Assembly: GCF_000150275.1 (NCBI RefSeq)
Contig: NW_002060944.1
Span: forward strand, 9,138,159-9,202,158
Direction of reading: 5' to 3'
DNA: 64,000 nt
Source of the DNA: Trichoplax adhaerens
Lineage: Eukaryota > Animalia > Placozoa
A model generated the notes under the pieces. It was given only the letters and a program-made list of their open reading frames with translations. It was not told where the DNA came from and ran no database searches. A program made the position numbers and the translations under genes. Shown here piece by piece: positions 12,284-24,823 of this stretch (position 1 is the first letter of the stretch; each line of letters starts with the position of its first letter).

Positions 12284-13314
12284 TAGATAGAATGGTCAAC
12301 GGAAAGAAAGTACATGAAGGTACAATTGCAGCCTTGATGCTATTACAGTCAATGTTGCTTTATCTCTTCATTTACGTCAATGGTTGATGAAAAGGAACAT
12401 TAACATGGATGGCATTGATCAAGGGATAGGTTACAACAAAAACCTTCCGGTTTGAGGAAGTTACGCATTGTATTTGACTGTATGATCTACGCGTAGGTTC
12501 GGAATACAATTTCAATCTTTCGATATAGTAGAAAACTATTTGGACTAGACTGCAATCCATAGGATAGCAAAGTAATTAGTAAAGCGAGAGAGATTCTATA
12601 ATTACTGGTAGATAGGTTGCGGACTGATGGCTGGAGACGGACTTGGATGATGTTATTGCTTCTTCTCTCTACGGCAGTCTATGGCCTATCCAATGAATTA
12701 ATTAATTATTCAATCATCATGAATACTGTCCAAATTCTCATAACATAATGACATAAGACGATTATTAAATCAAACAAATCATCATTCTACATTATCGTCT
12801 CCAATTTCTATTGACTACCACTGTGATGGTAATTGTGAGTTAAAGATGTACAAAAGGCGAAGACTAAAAGTGGGAGCCATTCTACCTAAACAAGGCAGCC
12901 TTCTATTTGACTGACAACTCAAAGTCTACAGTAGAAATTGTACGACGGCGGAAAACTTGTTCTTTTTTTCCTTCATTTTGGACTACTCTCTTCTAGAAAT
13001 AAACAAGTCCATCGCCAAAGTAATCCGATTAATGAATACTTTATGACAGAAGTAAAGTCCAGTAAGATCCAGACGGTAGTGGTCTTCCCTTCCAAAAATG
13101 GGCGTTAGTATTATGCCGATGGCAGCAATAATGATGAAAAAACACCGTAAAAGGTGACAAAATACGTCATAAAATTCCTGTTTTACGTCTGGACTACTTT
13201 TATCAATGAATTCCAAATTAACGCGTGAAAATTGGTGACGTCAAATCCTTCCATTCTAGCCACGCTTTTGCAGCCTGTGAAAAGATTCCTAGCGTTCAAC
13301 TACATAGCAAGGAG

Positions 13315-13715
13315 AACATTTCCATTTTCATCAGTTCAACGGTCTTCGACTTGCTTGTAAGTATTGCATTTCTATTCTCAAATTGGTCGTAGCCATGTAT
13401 AGAATTCGTGTCCATGTATAGTACAGTGGTAGTAGATACTGTTGATGACGGCTATTTAATCAACAATATTCTTATTTTGGTCTTTTCTAGAGCTGGCAAT
13501 ACCATCTCTTCAACACCATATAGGAGAATATTTACATTTTTCTCAGTTTAGCCGTCTTCAACTTGCTTGTACTGTAAGTATTGCCTTTCGATGATCAGAT
13601 TGATCGTAGCCATAGCTGTAGAATTGGTGCCGATATCGTAGGAACTGTTGATGATGGCGATTTAATCAACAGTTTTTCTTTTCTTGGTCGTTTTAATCAA
13701 CAGCTCTCTTTTCTT
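13315..13715. repeat. ~220 bp tandem duplication immediately upstream of kinase 2
   Basis: GTCTTC-ACTTGCTTGTA..GTAAGTATTGC...TCGTAGCCAT...ACTGTTGATGA.GGC.ATTTAATCAACA present twice (from ~13342 and ~13554). Confidence 0.85.
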
Positions 13716-13728
13716 GATCCATTGGAAA

Positions 13729-14745
13729 ATGGGAAAGATAGCTGGAAGTTTTAAAGATCGAAATGAATTGCGCTATATTCAACATTATCGACAAAAATAT
13801 ACCAGGTATGGATTGTCGCCGCAACATACCACGTTAATGGGCATCAAAGCGGCCAGCAAAAGTAGACAATCGTGTGTTTATAGCCATGACGAATTGTGGA
13901 ATCGATTTGATGGCCAATATTGGCAATTTCGACGTGATTACCATTCACAAGTAACACTTATTAAGGGACCGGTTTTCTGGGTTACTAGAGCCATACACCG
14001 CGATGAAGTGGTGGCGATTAAACATTTAGGTTTTGCTTGGGATGACTTGGCAAGGCCAAGAAAAGAATTTCTTGCACGCCTTCAACATGAATATACAATT
14101 CTTCGAAGCCTTCAACATGATAATATCATCAAGGCACTGGATTTAGTTGTCACCAAGAAAGAATCCTTTCTTATTCTACCTCTCATGCAAGGTCAAGATT
14201 TATTCTATAGGCTAGGTCAATATGATCACCATATTATGCCGGAAAATGAGGCAAAAATGATTTTATGGCAAATATTACAAGCCACGCAATACCTTCATCA
14301 TCACAACATTATCCATAGGGATATAAAACTAGAAAATGTACTACTTGCCCGACCGAATTCGTTATCGTTGGTCTTGTGTGATTTTGAATCGTCTACTTAC
14401 ATCCAACCTGAGCAAGAATTAGATGAATTTCGGGTTGGAACACTCATTAATCGAGCTCCAGAAATCATCAATGAGCTCTCTTATAGTTTTCCCGTTGATT
14501 GCTGGTGTATAGGTATCATCATGTATGAATTACTCCTTGGCCATCCACCATTTTTCATCGATAGAATTGGCAATCGACAAAGTACTATGAAACGCAGCCA
14601 CTGGATGGTTCTATTAGCCAAGACATGTGGAGAATTACTAGGTAAATTGTTAATGATTGATCCTGCTCGAAGGATGAAAGCTTCTCAAGCTCTGCAACAT
14701 CCATGGTTTGAGCAAGTTGCAAATGGTGACTTGAAATTAGAATAG
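13729..14745 (+). CDS. Divergent CAMK-group Ser/Thr kinase, intronless CDS (~338 aa from first ATG)
   Basis: VAIK, RLQHEY, HRDIKLEN, CDFE, NRAPE, VDCWCIG, LQHPWF. The ORF track starts at TTG 13684; first ATG is 13729. Confidence 0.9.
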   Translation: MGKIAGSFKDRNELRYIQHYRQKYTRYGLSPQHTTLMGIKAASKSRQSCVYSHDELWNRFDGQYWQFRRDYHSQVTLIKGPVFWVTRAIHRDEVVAIKHLGFAWDDLARPRKEFLARLQHEYTILRSLQHDNIIKALDLVVTKKESFLILPLMQGQDLFYRLGQYDHHIMPENEAKMILWQILQATQYLHHHNIIHRDIKLENVLLARPNSLSLVLCDFESSTYIQPEQELDEFRVGTLINRAPEIINELSYSFPVDCWCIGIIMYELLLGHPPFFIDRIGNRQSTMKRSHWMVLLAKTCGELLGKLLMIDPARRMKASQALQHPWFEQVANGDLKLE

Positions 14746-17272
14746 GCATAACTGATGAGAGGTTAAAACCTTGTCATATCAAAGTATAGATTAGGAGAGT
14801 CAGATTGTTTCTGATCATTTTGTGAAACGAGTAAAATTAAAATATCATTGCACATAACGAACAAGAATAAGGGAAAGTTAATGGCCTTAATTATGTCAAT
14901 AAAGGCAGCACTGTTCCCCTTTGACTTTTAAATAAGATTATTAATAATAATAAAGTTGTACTCAATTGATATAAAAAGAAATTCCAACATAAAGTTCATT
15001 CTATGTGATTGCACGAAGTGAAGACTTTATAGCATTACTTATACAGACATGACTTTGCCACGATTGATTTTGCGTTTGCTTTTAAAGATCGCCAGGAAAA
15101 AGATTACAGGCGATGTTGAGTAGCTTTACACCTCCATTTTCGTTTTATTAGTCATTCTCGAGAGTTGAAAAAATTATTCCTGAGTACGATGCCCTTGTAG
15201 AATGCGGTTATTTTCAATTCCGTTTGCTAATCTGTCTGGAGAAGGTTGATTGAGACAAACTAGATTACAAATATAAATTTTATGTAATTTTATTTGTTCT
15301 CAATGGCAGACTTCTTATGTCTATGGAAAGTTGTTTGGTTATATTCCAACTCTTTGATTGGGATCAGCATGGATGTCCGACTGCAACAATGTTGTATTAA
15401 GTAATTTATGATTTCTCGATCCGTGGATATCCATGTTGATCTCTTTGATTATAGTAAATCAGAATTGTGCTTAAATTTGTAAGTTACGTTATAATGAGAT
15501 AATGATCCATGTTATATCTGAGCAAATATTAGTATAAGCACTTAGGCATATTTTCTATATTAAATTAAATCTTAAATACCTTAACGAAAATTTCAGACGC
15601 AATCAATACGATCACCGTTTTAAGGCCAAATCGATTCTTCTCGTTAAGATAGACGTCAAGTTTTTCTTAGAATTGACATTTTCATCTTTGATTCGATTTC
15701 TTTTAAATATTGGGTTTAGTACCTAGAACTGTTTCTAGATTAAATTTCACTTCGAGCAAATTTTAGGCGACATTAACGGCCATCGTTCTATCATCAAATC
15801 GATTCTTAGCGTTAAGATAGACATCCATTTTTCTTATCTTAGAATCGACTTTTACTTTTACTTTTTACTTTTTACTTTGTTCACAACTGACGGATCCTTA
15901 CGCAGTCGGAATTGCAAATATGCAATATCAGATTATAGATAGATTTTGGAAGAGGTAGTTCACGTCAAGTAAATGCCAAAACGTTGATTACTTTATTTTT
16001 TCCTATTCGAAAATTCTTCAGCAGTTACACACACACACACACAAAATAAAATACGTGAAAGAAGCCAAAAGGTAGATTCTCTTCATTGAGGAGATAGTTC
16101 ACATTTAGCTTTTGGGAGCAGTAGCTATATTTTCTTAGCAATGATTTTAATAGCTTGACCATGAGCAAGTCTTCCACTGGATGATATTTTATTCTAACAA
16201 ATGATAGCCAAGTTAGGATATCGATATGTTTCTGAAAAAAGACACTGACTATCGTACGTTTACATACAACTTGCATTTAGTAGTTTATTCGATGATTAAG
16301 CGATGATACTTAGTTGCAATATCCATATCTTACACTTCGTCAATGCACACTTGCGGAAAATTGGAATATGGAGATATTAGTATCATTAAGATACTAACAG
16401 GCATGTCAATTGCCTGGCTAATTCTGTTACATCAGTGGGATTGTTCTACCGAGGCAACATAAATATTATTAATCTTCGACGAATACTTACAGAAAATTAT
16501 GAATCAGGAGATATTAGTATCATTAAGATATCGATAGGCTTGCCAATTATCTGGATAGTTCTTCTACATCAGTGGGATTACTGCGGATAGATTGTAAAGT
16601 TTAATCTTCCTTGCATTTTTAAATTCATCATACACAGTACACGGAGATGTTTAGCTATCGTAATCTGATCCAGATTCGTGTATCAAAACGTTAGCTGTCT
16701 GTATGATTTTGAATCGAATTTCTTGGATAATTCCGTAGAAGAAAGATGTAGAAAGACTTTCATCGTATCCGTATGTCAATATTGACGCAATTAAGCAATG
16801 TGGTACCTTGCTTAATTTATAGCTTGAAAATAACTAGTAGCAACTATGAATAGAAGCCATTATGACGCACTTTCTGCTCATCTCGAGAGTCACATTGCTA
16901 AATTGAGATTAGAATTTCCAGTAATTGCCGTTCTAAATTTAGTACCCACTGTAAATGGTATTGGATAGTGATAGAATTAAATACTAGAATATCCAATGCA
17001 TCACCCAAATTTCCTTATTAAGAAATAAATGCAGGATTTCATTAAGGAACAGATAAAATCATTGACTGTACAGTATATTGTAGCCGAGTTAGGTCATAGC
17101 AAAAGCGGCATATTTAAATTAGCTCTTGATAGTATTAATTTTACTTATCTAGAATCTTCAAGTGTCGAAGATATATAAAGGAAAGGTGCGAATGTACACC
17201 CAGAAAGTTAGGCTAACGCTTGCATGAAGGAAGATTGTGTGAGAAAAGAATATTCGCTTTCATCGATCGCAA

Positions 17273-18313
17273 ATGAGTGTCAATATAATAGACTATATTG
17301 GCAGGGACATTTACCTTGATGGCACTGTAGAAATAAGTATCAATCAACAACTACCTAGTAGTCCTATTTATAGTTGCCAAGAGTTTACGAATATCGATGA
17401 GCTAGGAAAGAAGGAAAAGATGTCATCCAGTGATGAAAAATTCTATAGTCAATCAATGGCATCAAGTAGTATAGAAACAATTTCACCGCGTTCACAAAGC
17501 TATGAACTCGAAGAAGAAGAAGATACGGGAACGGCTATGAAAGTGATCCATAGAGCTTCCAGTGGTATCTCCATTACTGTCGCTTATGAAAATCAAAAAT
17601 ATTATGCTGTTAAAGAGCAGCGTAAAGTTCATAGATTGCAAAATCCTTGGATTGCTAAATCATTAAAGCAAGAAATTGATGTCTTGCAATCTCTTAATCA
17701 TCGTAACATTATTAAAATTATCCGTGGCGAGGAAGATGATCACATCATTCGCATGGTTATGCCTTACCTAGAAGGTGGCGATTTACGTGATCGATTGGAG
17801 CAATGTATTGGTAGTGTTATGTCAGAGATGCAAGCGAAACCGATTATAATTCAAGTTTTAAATGGGGTTGCATATTTACATCGCAATAATATTATCCATC
17901 GTGATCTGAAGCCAGAAAATATACTCTATTTTACTAAGAAAGGATCAGAGTTGGTAATTAGTGATTTTGATTTAGCGGTACGTGTTGAAAATGATCATCA
18001 GCAATTTTTTTACCCTGTTGGAACTGAAGGTTATTTGGCAGCAGAAATGCTTAACGGAATGTCTTACTGCTTCCCTGTAGACTGTTGGATGGTCGGTGTT
18101 ATGCTGTTTGAGGTCCTTTTGGATAAGTTACCATTTGAAAATGGCGATTCAATATATGAAAATGACCTTTGGAAGAATTTATTAACTAGGGATTGCCAAA
18201 ATTTTATCGATCGTCTACTAGAACCGGATCCCAACTTACGGATGACTGCTCGTGAAGCATTGCATCACCCTTGGTTGCGAAAGAATTATATCCACGGGTA
18301 TATCACTAATTGA
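17273..18313 (+). CDS. Divergent CAMK-group Ser/Thr kinase, intronless CDS, 346 aa
   Basis: YAVK, LKQEI, HRDLKPEN, SDFD, GTEGYLAAE, VDCWMVG, LHHPWL. Confidence 0.92.
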   Translation: MSVNIIDYIGRDIYLDGTVEISINQQLPSSPIYSCQEFTNIDELGKKEKMSSSDEKFYSQSMASSSIETISPRSQSYELEEEEDTGTAMKVIHRASSGISITVAYENQKYYAVKEQRKVHRLQNPWIAKSLKQEIDVLQSLNHRNIIKIIRGEEDDHIIRMVMPYLEGGDLRDRLEQCIGSVMSEMQAKPIIIQVLNGVAYLHRNNIIHRDLKPENILYFTKKGSELVISDFDLAVRVENDHQQFFYPVGTEGYLAAEMLNGMSYCFPVDCWMVGVMLFEVLLDKLPFENGDSIYENDLWKNLLTRDCQNFIDRLLEPDPNLRMTAREALHHPWLRKNYIHGYITN

Positions 18314-18474
18314 TAAAAATCTCCTTACTATAGACATTTCAAACAAGTGATCACTTGGTAAAGATTGATGTTTTATACTGCCAAAGGAAATCATGTAAAT
18401 TATGTACACATTTGCAATTTTTATTGCTACCAATTTGTAACGTAATTATTAAAGTAAATGATCCTTTTTTTAGA

Positions 18475-18497
18475 TATATATATATATATATATATAT
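18475..18497. repeat. (TA)n microsatellite
   Basis: Run of TA dinucleotides 3' of kinase 3; other short microsatellites at ~7069 (TA), ~16027 (AC) and ~56305 (AAAT). Confidence 0.9.
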
Positions 18498-19195
18498 TAA
18501 AAATTAATTCAGTAAACGTGTAATTGATAATTGCCACAAAATTAGCAATATTAAGTCAAAATATTGTGTGACTGTGATACATCATCAACTGACTTGGAAT
18601 CGGCTTGTGCATTGAAACTTGATGTGCAAAACTATGATATTATTCAATTATCTAGTCCAGTCATCAAAAGTAATTTATAATCTAATTCACAATAGCGGTT
18701 AGGTGATCATTTGTAACAAGGCAGTGCTGACGATTATTATCATCAGGATAAGTTAACAAAAGCATTTTAAAGTACTTTGCCATACTGTAATTCAATCTGG
18801 AGACTTATCGATTATACCAGCTAAGAATATCAGCTACGACCAGCATTCAAACATTTGACTAGTTGTCAAATAGAAGCTCGTTCAACATTATATACCAATA
18901 ATTGCAATAATATTTCGGTGAAATAGTAATAATGTGAATTTTACCAAGCACAAATACTATACAAATTGTCTGGTTATTAACTAGTCCAATGAATTAAATC
19001 ATAAATTAGGGAAGGATAAATTTTGAAATCAATAACAAAAATAAAACTATATTCAAAATTGGATGACATCAATTTTTGCCAACATACATACAATACACAT
19101 ATACGGAAGGAAAGTAGGCAAATGAAACGACACAATCCTATTATACAGGTGTTGTAACAGGCCACTTCTGCTGTAAAATTCAGTCCATTCTTTCA

Positions 19196-22100
19196 TTAGT
19201 CTAAAGGCTCCACATAATTGCCAGGAAATTTGCCTACTTTACCCTTTAGAGATCCTTCAAACCAACCGTCCATATTTTCCTTGATAACGTATATTACGTC
19301 ACCGTCATCAATATTGAGTTCATCGCTTCTCTGTTGTCTATAGTCGTACATTGCTCGCACTAATAGTTTAAATAATGAACGAAGGAAATATGAACTTCTC
19401 CTTTACACTATTTTCTTATGGATAAATCAATATTATCTTACCTTTCCTAATGTACTGAGTTGGGATCCATTCAACTTCTACATTAGTATCATTGGATTCA
19501 AGTGCAGGAGGGGGTGGAACGGGTATCTCATCGTCATCGTCTATATCTAAAGGAGGCGGTGGAGGAATATCAAAATCGTCATCTTCAGGTATTATTGGAG
19601 GAGGAGGAGGTATTCCTATGTCATCAGCTGGCGGTGGAAAGTCTGTATCAACGTAACAAGGCAATCAATACAGCGTTGCAATTGCGATAATGAATCCATC
19701 ATTGAAAGTAATACGTATGCTTACCAACAAAGTCTTCATCGGCTGGTGGTGGTAAGTCCTTCTGACTTATTAACGCATGGAACGATTGTGATTGGGGTTG
19801 CGACTGGGGCTTCGATTGGGCCATTGGTTGGGGCTGTGGCGGCGGTGCAACATCTTCATGCTTCTCCTCTGATGCCAATCTAAATATACTAACTGGTTTC
19901 CTCTTATTCGATCCAAACGTCGAAGTAGAATCGGTTGATGATTGAGAGTTTAAACTTTCGCCTAAAAATAAAAGCCACAACGATTCAATTCAATTGATTC
20001 CACGCCTGGATCGATCAACCCATGAATAGAAAATGGTGTCAATTATATTACTTACTGGATATGGCTCTCAGATTTGATGGAGGGTGAGAAGTTTTTTCTT
20101 GTATCCTTTTAGTTTGAACAACAGACACAGTTCCACTAGAAGTACCCGATTGAACCGATTTTATAGAGGATGACCGACTTTGTCTAGGCGATTCATTAAT
20201 TTCTGAGCTAGTACTGCTAACTGGTTGAGAGGTATTACTGTTCACAGAGGATAAACTTCCCGATTTAGGTACGCTGCCTCGCCTATACTCGCCCATTCAA
20301 TATGTTGTCAATATACTTGTCATATTATTGTATATGAGTAGAATAAATCTTGGCTAATTTACCAAGAAGACAACGTAATACATACCGTATGGAGGTATTC
20401 CCTGTTTCCATGGATCCGTTGATAGATCGCGTTGTCGAACTAACGCTACCTTGTCTGTTAAATTTCGGCTGTAGTGATTCTGCTCGCTTACCACGTACTT
20501 GTCCAACTTTTGATTTTGCACCTTGACCTAGATCATTTGAAAAAGATGGAAGCCAATATTGTTCAACTTGGATTATGCCATAATTTAGACATATAATCAT
20601 CCTCCAGTCTATGTTGAAAATAAATGTGCTATGTTGCTAGCTTAACTACCCTAAATGTGGTCGATACTACTCACCAACATCATCCAAGCTATTGAAATCA
20701 ATGGCTTTACGGGTGTACCGTTGTGTCTTAGTCTTATCCTTGATTATTGTTTTCTTGGATTTACGAACTGGTTCAACGGAAACGCCAAGTGCTTCAAATT
20801 GTTGTAAAGCAACTTTATCATTGTGGATGTCTATGGCCTAAGTACGCGTATGAGCAGAGCGAAAAGCAAGTGTTAGCAACTAACTATATCGTAGATAATT
20901 TTAGTGGAAAAACAAAGATTAACGGCATACTGGTAACGATAAGATCGTAGGAAGGGGCACTTTGTCACAGGTCTGGAGAAATTTCTGTTATTTTCGAGGT
21001 TTATTACCTTGTATAATTGCAATTGGTTATGACCCTTAACTGCAAATAATGAACTAACAGCAGAGAATACGCTATGATTGATGGCTGTTATTCCTTTTAC
21101 TAATGACTAGTCATTAGTGTGGATGAATTGATCATTTGGTGTTCATTTGGTATGTCTTGATATTTAGTCTATTTCCTACTCCTGATACGTGTCGCAGTGT
21201 TTGTCAAGAATTAATGGATTAATATAGTAGAAAAAGAATTTAATTACTTAAACTAGCCATCGAGTAATAATCCTAGGTAAGAAGGTATACGTTGCGTGTT
21301 TTGCTAGTGCACCTATAATTCAACGATGGTATTCCGTCTTCACCTATCGTTCTCAATAAATCAGCAACATGTAGTTGATTTTGACTTTTTCAGACCCAGT
21401 TTTAAAGCATTCCTTGAAGTACTAGTGTATCCATGATTTTATCATGTAAAAAGACCTGCAGCTATCATTCGTCAATATGATTGTCGAAAATTTTCATAAC
21501 CCCTTCAATGTTATTCTCGATACTATGCTAAAAATTTGGAAACCTGTTCAAAAACATCTTCACCACGAATCTATGTATATATATATGTCTCATAGAAGAC
21601 CAACAACGCCGGCAATCTACGTTTATTCAAGTGATTGTTGACATAAAATCTGTATCAGGGAACACCGATATCGATGGGACGCGTAGTTGATGCAATTGGC
21701 CATGATGAAAGTAAAGATAGTTTCAATTGGCCTTGGATAGGGTAAATAAATTAAATATCAGATTACTTTGAAATGATGATCATTACTACTGAAACAATAA
21801 AATATCTACTCTATGACTTATCCAAAGCGATTCATTAAATAAATAGCCAATCCTTCTAACAGATTACTACGCGTATGATGGTTTCTAGGATCCATCCAAG
21901 CCCATCCATTAAATAATATAATCATCTCATTCTAAACGCATTACTTAGATTGTTTAAAATGATCATCACTACTACTGAAACAACAAAGTATCGACTCTAT
22001 GATTTATCGATTTATGCAAGGCGATCTATGCATTGGAAATGAAAAATGCTCTAGGACATCTCTTAAATTAATTAATACGAAAGTGTAGAAAGTAACTATT

Positions 22101-23107
22101 GCAATCGAAATGCCGTTGGAGCACTTGGTATAGCTCATTTTTTTGGGGGGGAGGGGGATTAAATACTGTCTATCCATGTATGATCGAACAGTAGGAATTT
22201 GTCCATGTTGATGGAGTATTGATGGCATGTCATGATTGAATAATAATTTATGGACGTTGTTGGTATACAGTCATAAAGCATGGATCAATTCAAGGCTCCA
22301 TCGAGTTTAGGCAGGACAAATCGAAAAATGGTCGTCAAAAGGAAAATAAGACCGGCCATCCAGTACAGCATGTTGTCTAGAATAACTTATGGATCGGTCT
22401 AATAGAATCATCAACGAGTAGCGTGGAATTGTCAACGTTGGGTAGTAGTATTATTGGACACGTTTCAATGAGGGTTTAGAATCAATATTTAAACGGGGCA
22501 AGACATGGACATCAAATCAAGGCAATCGATGCTGTACGCGTAGGATGACATTGACCATCGCAAGATGTCAAGGATGATGTTGTTTTCATCCTCATATCCA
22601 TAGTAAGCCTAGATTGATAGCAATACACTACAAAACTAGTCATGGCATCAGAAGGTGTAAATCGATGGAGATTGCCTGTTGACTAAAATGGATAAGGGAC
22701 CCAAATTGGACTAAAAAGTGGAGAAGGAGAGCGTCAACAAAGTTGAATGAAGATTATCGGTTGGATTTTACCTGATTGAGAATATTCATTCGCGATTCTA
22801 AAGATTCAATTTGTTCTTTCTGCTGATCGACCATGGTTAACATTTTATTGCCCAATTGGCCAATATGCTGGATGACTTGATTGAGCGAATTGGCAACAAT
22901 TTTCTTGGCCGCATCGAAATGTTGAGCGCGCTTATTGACTTGAGTAAAATAAGCATGTTCGAGACCACCTGCCTTTTCCAGTAGTTCGTTCTCTCGGCTG
23001 CGTAAATCTTTCATTAACGACCCTAATTGCTCTTTATACGGTTGAATAGATAAGGCTTTACTTTGAGCAGCCTCATCGCTTGACGATTCTCCACCAGTTT
23101 TGTCCAT
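19196..23107 (-). CDS. ABI: Abl interactor (WAVE regulatory complex subunit), multi-exon
   Basis: Exon 1 22772-23107 has the WAVE-binding coiled coil (VANSLNQVIQHIGQLGNKMLTMVDQQKEQIESLESRMNILNQ); exon 2 AIDIHNDKVA...RYTRKAIDFNSLDDVG; Ser-rich and poly-Pro exons; terminal SH3 VRAMYDY...DEL...DGW...GKFPGNYVEPLD-stop. Confidence 0.9.
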
Positions 23108-23509
23108 AGGCTTGCTAATGACAGTCAAAACAGGCCAAAATGGAGCTAAAAATTGAAAACGATTTGACGATTTTCTCTCTCCAACCACAACAGATCTCAG
23201 CTAGCAGCAATAACAGACTTGCGCACAGCCGCGCTCAAACGCCTTTTGTTTTTTCTCTTGGTTGGGCCCTGCCACTAGCCGATAGGACTCTATAGAAATT
23301 AGTGTCTAATATGGATGTTTTGATACACAGAATAGACGATTGCTTTCCGTCCTTCCGGCTTGTCGGGGTGGAACTACGCCCTGGATGCCATGGTGCAACC
23401 ATTGGACTTTGGACACCGCTGCTCAGTCTTAACTCTACTACGTGATGGACTGTATGGTACAGTAGACAGGAAACGCAACAGACCTTTTTACTCAGTACTA
23501 GCACCAATC

Positions 23510-24165
23510 TGGACATCGTGCATCAGACGGACAGATTTTTTTGCAACCCAGAAGGGCGAAATCTCCCAAAATCACTTGCTTACAGTAGGATCGATCTTCA
23601 GTATCTATTTTTCTTCATCACTTCGACTCATTTAAAAAGAGTAGTACTAATATAAAATCAATTTTAATCCTGGCTTACTTAAGAAGAATAAGTGAATTAC
23701 AAAATCGAGTATCCGCTTGATAACATGATCGCGTCAAGTGGACATCGCACATCAGACGGACAGACTTCTTGGTTGAACAGAAGGCTTAAATCTCGAAGAA
23801 TCAGTTACTTACAGTAGGATCGATCTTCAGCATCTCTTTTTCTTCATCATTTCTGCTGATTTAAAAAGAGTAGAACTTGAATAGAATCAATTTTTTAACC
23901 CTTGCTTAGATGCGAAGAATAAGTGAATTACAAAATCGAATATCCGCTTGATAACCTGATCGATATCGTACGATATCAGACGGACAGACTTCTTGATGGG
24001 GCAGAAGGCCCAAATCTTGAAAAATCAGTTACAGTAGGATCGATCTTCATCACTTTTATCATTTTAAAAAGAGTAGAAATTAAAATAGAATCAATTTGAA
24101 TCCTTGCTTAGTTTAGAAGAATAAGTGAATTATAAAATGGAGTATCCACTTGATGGCATGATAGC
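23510..24165. repeat. Three tandem copies of a ~225-230 bp unit in the ABI/WBP2 divergent promoter region
   Basis: CAGACGGACAGA at 23524, 23753 and 23977, each followed by TTACAGTAGGATCGATCTTCA, TTTAAAAAGAGTAG and AAGAATAAGTGAATTA. Confidence 0.95.
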
Positions 24166-24794
24166 GTTTGCAATAGTATCCTACAAGATGAAGCCGAAAT
24201 GTCCGATCGTCCGAGTCAAGTGTCCAGTGTTCAGTCCAGGTGTATCTGGCACCGGATTGGAAGTCGGTGTACCGCATCTAGCATTGGAGCAGTCCATGTC
24301 TCGTCCCGTCCGAGTTTCTCCGTTTATGATACTGTACAGTGTATAGTATGCAGTGCTGTCTACGCAATATATCGACCGGATAATTAGTCTAGCAACTCGG
24401 AAATCCCTGACTCAAATGTATCGAGGACTATTAGAAAAAATTCCTTTTTCTAGTAGTCCTTAGTTGTGTACAGTACATTGGAGATGATAAAATTGGCTAC
24501 TGTCATAACTAGTCATAACGAAGTGGTAAGTCAGAAACACCATCTTGACGAGATGAGGCGGAAACGTCTGTCCGTCCAAGCGTGGTCCGTTCACGTCTTC
24601 TACAGGACAGTAATCCACGACTGACACTCAACGTGGACGTGTGTACAAGCGAGCTGTGACTCTCCTGTTAGCCTGACGTACACTGTACAGTATAACGTCA
24701 CTAGGAGTGAAGCACTGGGTGACTCATTCAAACTGGACCACGACCCTACTGTAACTTTCAACTTGTTTACTGCGGCTGTCCGCTAACCCAGTTG

Positions 24795-24804
24795 ATGACG
24801 TCAT
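24795..24804 (+). promoter_or_regulatory. Full palindromic CRE/ATF site (ATGACGTCAT)
   Basis: Perfect 10-bp palindrome ~20 bp upstream of the WBP2 ATG. Confidence 0.45.
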
Positions 24805-24823
24805 AGTAGCTTGCGCCTCCAAT

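Noticed and set aside
12983-13216. 77-aa minus-strand ORF with a hydrophobic stretch
   Set aside because: Non-ATG start, no linked exons found, no recognisable family.
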